This document shows positions 37,200 to 49,100 of a stretch of 64,000 bases of DNA, in pieces (the first letter of the stretch is position 1; the number at the start of each line of letters is the position of its first letter). The stretch spans positions 248,001-312,000 of the forward strand of contig CBFFRQ010000029.1 of NCBI GenBank assembly GCA_965644315.1, read 5' to 3'. The notes under the pieces were generated by a model. It worked only from the letters and a program-made list of their open reading frames with translations. It was not told where the DNA came from and did no database searches. The stretch is from Caecitellus pseudoparvulus (taxonomy: Eukaryota > Protista > Bigyra: Bicosoecida). A program made the position numbers and the translations under genes.

Positions 37200-38600
37200 A
37201 TGAGCTCGGGCGGCGCTGCAGCTGCGCTGCCGAGCGAGCCTCGTCCCCGCCCGCGCTTCGCCAAGAAACTCTCCTCTCTTCTACACCGCAAAGCCAAGCG
37301 CAGCACTTCCCCGGCTCCCTTTGGCACGTCAGGTGCGCATGGGGTGGCCGGGAGTTTCACGCCGTAACGCTGCCGCACTCTCCCTTGCCTGCTCCCACTG
37401 CGCAGCGCCCACTGGCCGCGAGAGCTCTAAGTGGAGTGTGCGCAAGATGGGCAAATACGTTGTCGGGGAGCCGCGCTCCGCTCCTCTTCTGAGCGGCGCT
37501 CAGGCACCGCCACGAGACGGCCGAGCCAGGGTCGCCAAGCGCACAGCAGGCCCAGGCAAGCGGCGGCGCAGGAAGCCCACCCGCCGCAGGTCTGCCGCCA
37601 CACACAGCAGCGACAGCTCCGGGTGGACTGTGCCCACCCAGCCCGCTGCTGCAGCTCCCCGAACCAGCCAGGACAGTGTGCAGGCGACATCCTACGCGCC
37701 GTCCCACCACATCCGTCTACACGTCCGATCCCCGCCACGCAGCGACACGCCCTCCCGAGCCAGCAGCAGCGGCCGGGGCGGCGCAGTGCAGGCCCTTCCC
37801 TCCTCGGCACGACGAGTTGCTACGCCGCCAGATGGGGGTCACGGCGCCCACCACATGCCGGTGCCGCCTCCGGGGTACACCTGGAGACTGACGCCCGCAG
37901 GTGAGAGGGGGCGGCCTGAGGGGGGGCGGGGTGGCGCTGCGCAGGACGCTGTGCCTGAGCCTGCCCCCGGCCCCGGCGCCCAGCACGTGTCTATTTGGAA
38001 CAACCACACATTCACCGTGCCGCAGGGCGGGGGAGCGGGGCCCCCCCCCGTGCACCGCACACCCCCCCCTCGCAAGCACATGCCCCGACCCACACCCGTG
38101 CGCCTGCACCCCTGCCCTGCGCCGCGCACACCACGCCCCCCCCCGTCCACACGGCAGTGCAAACCTCCCCGGCAGGCACACCCACCCACCCCGCTGGACA
38201 GACGAGTCAACCGCCCTCCCCCCCCGACCAGCCAGCTGAGTCACGGGAGCCCCCGGTCGCGGCAGTCCACGTGGCTCGTCTGGGCGCCATACAGGCCCTG
38301 CTAGCACGTGCCCCAGAGCGGCGGTGTCTGACGCCTGACAGCTTGGAGGGGGGCGGAGGGGGTGTCGCTCTGGACACCACCGCCCCGCCCCCCCAACAAC
38401 AGCAGCCCCTGGCTGTGGCGTCACCCCGCTCCCTACAAGCGTCAGAGTCCACCCTGCCTGCTGTAGGTGGGGGTGGGGTGGGCTCGGCGCACACGCCACC
38501 TCGCAGTGCTGTGCCGGAGGTGGGTGCCGACCTGCTGCAGCTGGCGGCAGGCGACAGCGACGTTGGTGCGATCACAGACCTGGACACGTCAGGTCAGGGG

Positions 38601-38633
<33 letters not shown>

Positions 38634-39098
38634 GCGTGGGGCGGGGGCCAGGTGGGGTGGGGGGGCGGTCTCCCCCCCACGGACACGACACACTCGACGG
38701 CCAGCGACTCCACGCCCCCTTCCGGTGCTGACGCATTCTCCCTGGGCTGGTCAGGCAGCGACACATCCAGTGTCGACGCCAGGGCGCCGCCGCCCCCCTC
38801 GCTTGACATGCACTTGCCCGCCACCCCGGCATCCCGGACCCCGCCGCCGCCGCACTGCCTTGCAGCTCCCAGCCTGGTGCTGTGGTGTGAACAGGCCACT
38901 CGCAGCCTGGTGGCCCTGGAGAGCAGCGTGGGCGGCGCCGTGGCGCTGCTGGGTGCCATGGCGCAGCAGCACAGTGGGCACAGGCGGCGCAGGCGGCGCC
39001 TGCAGCGTATGGCTCGGCATGTTCGGCGGGCTGAGGGGCTGGTGCGGGACATGGGGCAGACTGGCGCAGCCCTCAGTGCAATGGTGCGAGCAATGTAA
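37200..39098 (+). CDS. Hypothetical low-complexity Pro/Ser-rich protein; model needs a frameshift near the C-run at 38041-38049
   Basis: ATG 37200, intron GTGCGC..GCGCAG, two overlapping long ORFs (37321-38304, 37995-39098), helical C-terminus. Confidence 0.4.
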
Positions 39099-39252
39099 AT
39101 CTGGACGCGACCTGGACGCACGCACCTGCAGCTGCCTTGCTGCGCCCCAAGCGCACACAGCCGGCGATCACCAGCGAGCCGCAGTGCCTCGTGCGACAAG
39201 CCGTGCTTGTGCCTGGGCAGGCGTGCCGCCTTCCGCAGCGCGCCCAGGAGCC

Positions 39253-41634
39253 ATGGCGCGTTCCCTGCATGGCGCCCTGATCGCCTCCGCCCTTGTGCTC
39301 CTCACCGCCTGTTCCAGGCAAGCGCAGGCGAGGTATGTCGTGCCTCCTGCGGAAATCGAAGGTGCGTCAAGTGCACTGCAGCACACCCCGGGTGCGACGC
39401 CCAGCGTCACCGCGAGCCGTTCGCAGCCGCAACACTGTACCCCAGCTGGGCACACCACCACTTTGTGTGGCTGAGCAGCCCCCAGAGCAACCAGGTGAAT
39501 GTGACCCGATACGTGGCAGGTGCGTGGGCAACGCGGCAAGTTGCAGGGACGGCGCACGCCACGCCTGCCGGCCTGCTGCGCCACAGAGTACAAGGCCAAG
39601 AACATCACTGTCGGTGCCATCAACATTGACAGTCTCTGGTGCGTGCCGCCCCGCGTCACCCCGTCCCACCCCACCCCTGCACGCCGTGCGCCGCCTGCGC
39701 CACGCCTGCGCAGGGCCACCGGCACCAACAACTTCATTGTGGACACGGCCAAGTTCCCCGACATGAAGACGGTCATCGCAGGCATGCACGCCCAGGGCAT
39801 CCGGGTCATCTTCTGGACCACCTCCATGATCGACACCGACAGCAGCAACTTCAACGCCTCCATCGCCACGCAGGCGTACGTGCGCAACGCAGTGGATGAC
39901 ACGCCCAGCCCCCTGAAGTGGTGGCACGGGGAGGGCCTGCTGCTGGACTACGCGCACACGCCGTCCAGGGAGTGGTGGGAACGCCAGCTGGACCAGGTGC
40001 TGTCCTTGGGGTTGGATGGGTGGAAGGTGGACGGTACGGACCCGTATGTGCTGGAGTATCTGGCACCACGCAGCTGGAACACCAGCGCCTGCCACGACGG
40101 CGTGTACTCGTACAGGGACTACGCAGACGCGTATTACGGCCACTTCTTCAACTACACCTACGCCTACACGGGGGGTGACTCCATCATCTGGTCCCGACCC
40201 GTGGACTCATACCCCCTCCTCTCCTGGCCAGGGCCCGGCAACGCATCCGACTCCAGCACCGAAGGCATCTCCGCCTACCTGCACTTCAGCCCGCACTACG
40301 TCATGTTCAGCGGGTGGGTGGGGGACCAAGATCCCGACTTCAACGGCCTGCGTGACGCTCTGCGCAACATCATCCACTCGGCCTGGGCCGGCTACACCAA
40401 CTTCGGCAGCGACACCGGCGGCTACCGCACAGGCCCCGGGCCTCTGGGCCGCACAGGGGAGCTGCTCCTGCGCTGGGCCGCCGTGAACGCCTTCCTGCCC
40501 CTGTTCGAGAACGGCGGGGACAAGGAGCACCGCCCGTGGAAGTTCGACGCGCCCGGAAGCACCCTGCACGTGGACGCGTACCGTGTGCTGGTGGCGGCAC
40601 ACTACGAGCTGGAGCCGTACCTGTACAGCCTGGGGCACACGGCGTACGCGGCGGGCGTGAGCGCCATCGCCCCCAACCAGGCCCCCCTCGCACCCTACCC
40701 CTTCATCCTGCAGGGCAACACCATCCACGACTATGCCTTCATGCTGGGGCCCGACTACTTCGTCGTGCCGGTCGTGCACGCTGGCGCACGCACAGTCACG
40801 GCGTCCTTCCCCGGCCCTGCCCAAGTGGCGGCCCTGGCCACCCTGCCCGACGGCGAGGACGTGTCTGGCGTGGCCTGGGTGTCTCTGTGGGACCCCACGC
40901 TCGTGGTGGCAGGCGGCACCAACGCCACCCTGAACACCTCCTACATCGGCAACGTGCCAGTGTTCCGCAGGGCCAACGCGCTGACCCCCTTGCATGTGTC
41001 CACGCCCCTGCTGGGACATGGGGACGCCGCCTCCGCCTCTGCCCTCACCCTCACCGCCCACCTGCTGCCCACACCGGCCCTGCAGGCGGGCTTCACCACT
41101 CGGACGGTCGTGAAGACATGGAAGGCGCGGGGGACGCAGGCAGAGCTGAAGGTGTCGCCACCCGACGCTGCCGGGCGCGTGAATGCCACGCTGCTGCTGT
41201 CTGCCTGGTCCCGAGCGGACCTGGACACGGTGCTGCTCCTGAGGGGTGTGGCGCCGACGGCCGACACACGCGTGGTGGGGACTCATGCCAACGCCCAGCG
41301 GGGGCAGCGCGCTGCATCCACCACTGCCATCCCGCGCCAGCCTGCGACACTGCTGGCCTCCGCCACCACGCGGTTGGCGACGGGTGTGGGCCAACGGGCG
41401 CGGCAGTCGTCGCTGCCGCTCACGAGCGCTCAGGCCGACGTCGCCTCGCCCTACATCGGCTATGGCTTCGACCCGCAGGCTCCGAGCATGACTGTGCACG
41501 GTGCCGCCCCGCAGCCGTACTGGGCCGCAGCTGGCGCGCAGGACAGCGCCGCCGGGGTGCCTGAGGTGTTGGTGCGAGCAGGGGACGCGTCGCTCGGGCT
41601 GCAGGTCACCCTCACACACCTGCGCATTGGGTGA
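39253..41634 (+). CDS. Secreted/lysosomal glycoside hydrolase family 31; 3 short 5' introns
   Basis: Signal peptide MARSLHGALIASALVLL; KFPDMK, GIRVIFW, nucleophile motif GLDGWKVDG, acid/base WVGD, GSDTGGY, ELLLRW. Confidence 0.88.
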
Positions 41635-41825
41635 GGGGGGGGCAAAACACACACCCCAATGCACGTCACACTGTCTTTTCTGCCACCGGCTTTCCTCAGG
41701 GGCGACCCAGGGGACGTTTCAGACGCGTGCAGGTGGCGCACGAGACACCAGAAGGAGCGTGCTAGGCGCGCAGGCCAGCACTGCCCAACACACACAGCAG
41801 CACCCGCGGACAGGGCGACGGCGAC

Positions 41826-42187
41826 ATGATCGAGGTGGTGGTGAACGACCGGCTGGGGAAGAAGGTGCGCGTGAAGTGCAACGAGGACGACAGCGTGGGG
41901 GACCTGAAGAAACTCGTCGCGGCGCAAATCGGCAAGTGCCGCCAACGCTGCTCCGCACCTGTCCCTGCCCCCTGAAGCTGGCATGCCCGCCCCGCCACAG
42001 GCACAAAGCCCGAGAAGATTCGGCTGCAGAAGTGGCACACCATTTACAAGGACCACATCACCCTGGACGACTGTGAGGGGCGCGCGGCAAGTGCCTGCGG
42101 AAATTGCGCGGGCGCACCCACTCCACCCTCGCCCCCTTCGCAGACGAGATCCACGACGGCATGAGTTTGGAAATGTACTACACGTGA
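41826..42187 (+). CDS. UBL5: Ubiquitin-like protein 5 / Hub1; intron 1 GC-AG (41932-42000), intron 2 GT-AG
   Basis: [73 protein letters not shown]. Confidence 0.96.
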
Positions 42188-42214
42188 ATTGCGGCCCATG
42201 CAACGCCCCGGGCT

Positions 42215-43908
42215 TCAGTCCTTGCTGTCCAGCTTCTCCTTGGCCTCCCGCTGCTTGACGGCAGCAGTGGCCTTCTGCAGGATTTCCCCCAGCACTTCAG
42301 GGTGAAAGGCGCTGCGCGAGGGGCGAGGGGGGGGGGCAGGCTGCAGCGGCGGCCCTCACCAATGCATGGCCTGCGCGGCAACACTCACCCAATGTCCTCC
42401 AGCATGTGCATCTGCAGCGTGTCGGCCTTCATGTCCGCCACCTCGTAGCTGAAGTCGAACTTGGACTCGCAGTCGGGCTCGTCCTCCGGCTCGTGCAGGC
42501 TGGCCATGTACGGGTGCAGCAGCGCCTCCGCCACCGTGATGCGCTTGTTGGGGTCGAAGGACAGCATGCGGTCCAGCAGGTCCAGCGCCTGTGCGTCCGC
42601 CGTGGGGAACAGGCTGCTCCACGCCTGCTTGGGCTTGCCCGCCAGCTTCTTCATGAAGGCGCGGGCGCGACTGCCCTTGACGAACTCCAGGTCCTCGTCC
42701 GCCGGCGTGCCCAGCACATCCACGATGATGCGCAGCTGGTGGATGTAGTCGTCGCCGGGGAACAGCGGCTTGGTGCCCAGCAGCTCGGCGAAGATGCAGC
42801 CCACAGCCCACACGTCGATGGCCTTGGTGTACTGCTGTGTGGACAGCATGACCTCTGGCGCACGGTACCACCGCGTGACGACGTACTCTGTCAGCTCCGG
42901 GCTATCCTCACTCATGCCCCGGGCCAGGCCGAAGTCACACAGCTTCAGGGAGCAGTCCGCGTTGAGGAGGATGTTGGAGGGCTTCAGGTCGCGGTGGATG
43001 ACCTCTGCGGAGTGCTGTGGCGAGGGGGGCGGCGGGGCGTGCAGGGGCGGACGGGCGGCGCCTGCGCCTCCGGCCCACGCACCATGTACTTGAGTGCACA
43101 CAGCATCTGGTACACGAAGTACTGGATGTGCTCCTCGGACAGCTGCTGCTTGGAGTAGATGATGCGGTGCAGGTCCGTCTCCATCAACTCGCTGACGATG
43201 TACACGTCCTTGAACTTCTCGTAGCTCTCTGGTGGCTGCAGGTCGTCGATGCCCAGCACCTGCACCACAGCGCGTGAGCGGGTGTGCCGCCGGCGCAGCA
43301 CTGCGCGGCAACTCCACGCCCCACGCACGTTCTCGTGGTCAAAGTGCCGCATGAGCCGGATTTCACGCAGGATGCGCTTGGCGTCCGTGATGTCCCCGAA
43401 GCAGTTCCTGCGCGGGCGCCGGCCACAAGACGTGCAGGGCAGGTGGGCAGTGGAGCGGCGTGGGCGGCCGACTCCGCCTGCACGCCCAGCCCAGGGCACG
43501 GCAGCACGGCAGCACGCACGGGATCTTCTTGATGGCCACCTTCTTGCCAGTCTGGGTGTCCAGCGCAGACCTGTGGGGGGCAGGCGCGGCGGGGTGGCGG
43601 GCCAACTTCGACACTGCTGCCAGGTCAGCATCGCTGTGCGACAGCAGCACCTCCGCCACTCTGCACGCACACGACGACTCCTGCGTTCGGGGAAGCACAG
43701 GGGCACGTGCAGCACAGCACACGTGCGCAGCAAGCGCAGGTGGCCCGCGAGGCACGGCCCACGCACCGTATGCGCCGTGCCCGATGGGCTTGCGAATCTG
43801 GTACCGAGTGGACACCTCGAAAACGGACTCGGCGATGGTCACCCGCTGCACGCCCTCGCGGACAATCACAGACTTAGGCGACGAGCTTGTCGGCCCATCT
43901 GCTGCCAT
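42215..43908 (-). CDS. Mitogen-activated protein kinase (TEY type), multi-exon including a 10-nt microexon
   Basis: IGHGAYG, VAIKKI, DAKRILREI, HRDLKPSN, CDFGLAR, LTEYVVTRWYRAPE. Confidence 0.95.
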
Positions 43909-44245
43909 GGCTTCGTGTGGCGGATGCTAGCGCGTCCTGACCTCGACGCCGCGCCTGTCACGGCCAGGCGGGCGTGCAGGGCAAGCAGCGGGAATTGAAG
44001 GCGGCGGCGTTGGCGTGGCGGCGGCGCACAGGAGGGACCCCTGCCACGATCACTGCTCAACTGGGCGAGGCGGAACTCGAAAGTGGGTGTTGTTGCTGGC
44101 TTTTTGGCCGCACCTGTCGGCTGCTTGAAGCAACCCGCCCGCCCCCAAGCGTTGCGAAGCAACCAACGCAAGCAGCATGCTGCGGTGCTGCATTCTTGCG
44201 ACGCGCCACCGCGACACCGCGCCCTCAAGTCGGACATGGCACGCC

Positions 44246-45172
44246 TCACTCCAGCACCTGCTGCTGCATGTTCAGCAGCCACGTCTGGTACTCTGCCTCC
44301 TCCTTCAAGTCCGCCGCCGCCAGCACCCGGGAAGCCAGCCCGTCGTCAATGCCCAGGGACTCCAAGTGCTCGTAGAACGCCTGCTGCAGCTTCATGTCCA
44401 AGTCAGCAAAGGTGGGGCCCTCGTACAGGGGGGAGTTGCCCAGCTGCTCCAGAGTCATGCCTGCCGGCACCAGCTGCACGCCGACAATCTCAAAGGACGC
44501 CTGCTCGTCCACAGGCAGGCCCAGGGAGAACAGCGTGTCCTGCTCGGCGCCCTCCTTCGACACCCGCACGGTGAGGGAGATGATCTCCACCTCACCTGGC
44601 TCCACGGAGTCCTCCTCCTCCGTCGCCTGCAGGTCCACGTGCTCAGTGCCGTCCACAGGCATGCTCTCAGGGTTGCACGCGTTCACCGTGATGGACACGT
44701 TGGAGCTGCCCACTTGCTTCTGCAGGGAGAACAGCGCCTGCCCTGGCTGGCAGTCCACTTCGAAATCCGCGAACTCCTCGCCCAGCGCTTCTGGCAGCGA
44801 CGCCTGCGTCACGTAGCCCTCGTTCGCCTGCGAACCAAATTCCGCGTGGAATGCAGAAGCAGTCACACACAAGCGACTCCCCACCACTGCACCGTCCGGT
44901 GGGAGCGGCAGAGTAGCTGAGTCAGGCATTTACATGTGCTGCTCTTGTCAGCGCCCTGAGCTGCCCCTGCGCTCCCTGCTCCTCGCAAGCCAGCAAGACC
45001 ATGCGCTGCCTCCACAACTCACCTTTTCGTACTCAATCTCCTCTGCCAGCTTGCTGGCCAAGGAAGACATGCACACACGCTGCGCACGCCCCAGTGCCAG
45101 TGCAGGCATCGGAGCAGTCAGCGTTCGGCGCAGTGCACGGGCGGCTGCCCCTGCAAGCATGCTGGCTGCCAT
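44246..45172 (-). CDS. Mitochondrial acidic matrix protein Mam33/C1QBP family; 1 intron
   Basis: Presequence-like N-terminus, LAEEIEYEK, YEGPTFADLDMKLQQAFYEHLESLGID, KEEAEYQTWL. Confidence 0.88.
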
Positions 45173-46143
45173 GGTTCTGCGTTGGCTGGCGTCGTAATAC
45201 TTATGGAGCCTGGGACGGACTGAGCAGCGGGTGTGGGAAGTATGGGACGAGGAATGTGTGTTGGTGCTGAGTTTTTTGTCAGGATGGGCTGATTGCGTTC
45301 TCATTTGGCAGGCGGCGGGCGCGTGTACCCGCTGCTGGTGTGCTGGAGCCAGGCGCAGCATGATAACACGAGCTTTGCGCCACTGCCAAGCGCGCATGCC
45401 AGCCCACACCTCGCCTGCCCAGCGCTTTTCACGCCCAGCACCCCCTGTCTCACGCTGCACTCACGCGGCAGCCTCCACCGTCAAGATTGGGACTGTCACG
45501 GATTCCTGGATCAAGATTTGATCCCAAAACCAAGGCCCTTCAGCATGTGTCGAGAAAAAAAGAGTGAACAGGAACCTGTGTTGGACTTGGATTGGCCAAG
45601 GCAGCATGAGAGGGGCTGAGGATCGTGCCATGGAAAGGGCACATAAAGACTGGCTGATGTCAAAGAGTTATAAAGGGTCGTATGGATTTGGAGCTTGCCA
45701 GCACCCTCGCGGATCATGAACCTTCGTTTCACTGCTTGTGGGCCACTCTCGTACTGGATGACAAAAAGTACCCCACCAGCCATGGCACCGAGCCAAAATT
45801 TACACGCGAGCCCCCAAAGACCGGATAGACAATACGTACAGCGTGCTTGGTGTGTCCAAACGTGCCAGCGTTTGGCGTTTCACCTTGACACGCAACTCAC
45901 GCTCAGGCAAGCTGTGCCTACTGCGCCACGCTTGCATTGAGCGCAGGAGCGAATGTGTCGTCTCACTCCTAACTTGGAAGCGGGGCCTGTGCAAGAGTTC
46001 TTGTGCATTGCAAGGGACTCCTTGCTCGAACGTGGTGCCGACACAGGGGGAAATGGTGCTGTGTTGTCCACACACCTCGCACCGCAACGTCACGTGGCAC
46101 CACGGACCAGCCCCGCTCTCAAACCAAGGCAGTTCAGGCCACA

Positions 46144-49100
46144 TCAAGCCCATGCTACAGCAGAGTCAGATCCATCACGTTCAGGGGCTGTGGCGCTGGG
46201 CTCGGCCCTGCCTTCCGTGTCCATGTTTGTGTACCCCCTCTTGCAGCCGCTGCAGTGCCCAGCACGGTAAGCCAAGAAGATAATGACAACCACCACCAGG
46301 GCTGCAACGAGGGCCACACCGATGCCAGTGGCGATGAGATTGCCGTCTTTCTTTGCCTTGCTGGTCGCTGCAGCGGCAGGGGCTGCCGGGGACGGTGCGG
46401 CTTCCTCGACGTTAGCCACGTTCACCACCATGCTTGCCGACACGGGCTGGGCAGGGGAGCCAGCGTCTTGCCCAGACAGGGTGAGGGTGTACTGTGTAGT
46501 GCCGCTCTCCCAGTCCAACACGCCGGCTGTCGTCAAGTCGTACCCTGTGCCCGTGGCCACCAGAGCGAAGGGTGCCGAGGCAGGCGACAGGGTTGCCGTC
46601 ACAGCGTGCCCCTCGGGGTCTGTGAAGGTCAGCGCACCCACCACGGTGCCGACGGCAGAGTTCTCCTCCACAGTAAAGGTGCTTGGGCCGGTGTATGTGG
46701 GTGCCTCGTTCACATCCTCGATGGTGACGGTGACGAGGACGCCCTGCGAAGCTGGTGTCTCCTCAGCGGGGGAGTCCGTCAGCAGCACTAGCAACTCCCA
46801 CGTGTTGCTCCTCTCAGATCCATCTGGGCGGGCAGGTGGGTTCTCAAAGTCAAAGCGTGTCTTGGCATGGACGCGCCAGATGGTTCCGGTGTGCACGAAC
46901 TCGAAGTGCTCCGAGCCTACGCCCAGCACCTGGATGGAGTTCAGCTCGTCGCCGTCCTCATCTGCCACACGGATGACGCCGAAGGGCACGCCCACGTCTG
47001 AGTTCTCCGCCAGCATAAAGTGGTCGGTGTACGTCGGCTCTCCGTCCGGGTCAGGGTTGGTGTTGGCCAGCTTGGGCGGGTCGTTGGCGTCCAAGATGTA
47101 CAGGTACGCCGGCACGAGGGTAGTCTTGGCGCCGCCCGCTGCATCCAGGTTGTCTCCATCGTCCGTCAGCTCCACGCAGAAGGGCACCACACGGGAGCCC
47201 TCGGGTGGGGTGGGCGCTGCAGCATGGCTGATGTTGGGCGGCACTTGATTGGCGCCCATGTACGTGTCATTGTTGGAGAAGTCTGCCGTCGCTGCACCTG
47301 GCACAGACACAGCACCACATGGGTCGTTCACGTTGAAGGCTACAGGCAGGCGTCGCTCCTGGTGGCCAGCTGCGCCTCCCTGCCAGGGGCTGGTCGCTTC
47401 ATAGTCGAACCCCTTGACCGCGAGCAGGGCCCACACGCCGGCGCTCGTCAGTTCTGCAGCAAGGGAATCACCGGGTGAGTGCACGACGACGCTGGACAGG
47501 CTGTCCCCCGCATCCACGTGGAAGGCGGTCAGCTGCCCCAGCGGCGCGCCTGGATCGCCGTTCTCCACAACGGTGAAGGCGCGAGAGCGCAGTGCGCCCG
47601 ATGGGATGGGTTCCTCGTTCACATCTCCAAACTGACCGCCTGTGACTGTGGTCACGATGGGCTGAATGGCGCCTCCTCCGATGTAGTCGTACAGGGGCAC
47701 AGTGAGGTCATGGCTGAGGGTGGGCAGGTGCAAGAGTCCAGCGCTGGGGCTCTGAGAGCTTGCTGCCACCAGTGCCTCGAAGTCCAGGTGGGCGCCACAG
47801 AGGATGACGACATTGAAGCGAGTGCCCTTGTTGGAGATGTCGTGGGGGCCGGTCACTGCAGCAGTGGTGGTCAGCGTGGGCAGAGATGTGGAGCCGAAAG
47901 ACGTCGTGATGGTGACGTCTTCAGGCCGCACGGAGAAGGTGCCGAAGCCGTCGACGGTCTCCAGGGAGAAGTCGGGGTCATACCCTGGCACCACCATCAT
48001 GATTTGGGCTGTGTCCACGCCCTCCAGGCACGTGAACAGCTCAGCCTCATCCAGCGCCAGTTCGAGCGGGTCTTCATCCATGTCAGCCACCAGCACGTCG
48101 TAGGCTGGGCCCTGGGCGTTGTCCTGCTCAGGGATGCTAGAGGACACGACCACACGCAGGGGCGCCTCTCCCAAGGCACCCTCCACGCTGTAGTGCTGTC
48201 CAGTGAGAGGGGATGGAGAGGTCACAGTGCCCTCCACAGCAAGCCGCAGCGCCTCCAAGTCCCAGCTGGCGTCGGCCGTGTCGATGCTGCAGGTGGCCTC
48301 CACGTACGCATTGGCGCTCGTGTGGCTGAAGGTGCCACAGGAAGCCGTGAGGCCCTGCAGCGGCTCAGGCACGGTGCCACCAGACGGCCCGGCCAGGGTC
48401 AGTGTGAAGTCCAGCAAGTTGCCGGGGCGGTTCAAGTCGTGCAGGCGGATGTAGAAGTCCTGCACGACTGGTGTCACGGGGCCGAGGGTGGCTTCGTCGA
48501 CGGTGTAGGTGAGGGACTGTGGGAAGGACTGGATCTCCAGCTCCGGCTCCACAACGTCCGTCACGATGAGATCATGCTGTTGGCTTTCCACACATGAGCT
48601 GGGCCCGCATGCGACAAACTTGATGGGGAAGAAGAATGTCTCGGGGTGATCTGGAGCCATGAGGTTTACACCTGCGTGAGCTTGCAGAGCTTCGGTGTCA
48701 ATGGCGCCCGCACTAATGCTTGCAGAGGAGGTGGTCACGTCAGAGGCGGTCATTGCAACGAGAGATACGTCCAACGCCCTTCGCCCATCAGCCATGGTGC
48801 TGCCTGTGTTGTTCGAGTCGATTGTGCTGATGACGTGGAAAGTTAGCCCAATCGAATCCCATACGCTGACCATGGGGTACGAGACGGCACCCGGGAATTC
48901 TTGCTCAACGTTCTCGGTGACAGCAATGTCTGAGCCAGTGATCGAGGCAGGTGGCTCTACCGCGTTGCTCAGGGTGAGCGTGGCGGGCTCACTGGCAGCA
49001 CCCCACACGCCTGGCAAGACCTCGAACTGCACCACGAAGTCCAACACAATGTCAGGAGCGCTGGACGTGGTGAAGTCAGCCAAAGCACCTGCAAGGGCTT

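Noticed and set aside
38037-38049. Apparent frameshift joining two ORFs at a G4-C9 run (programmed frameshift or phase variation?)
   Set aside because: A homopolymer indel from sequencing or assembly is the simpler explanation; it needs read data
38603-38631. (AGC)n microsatellite, also (GCAGCG)n at ~4692-4722
   Set aside because: Ordinary coding poly-Ser and poly-Ala tracts
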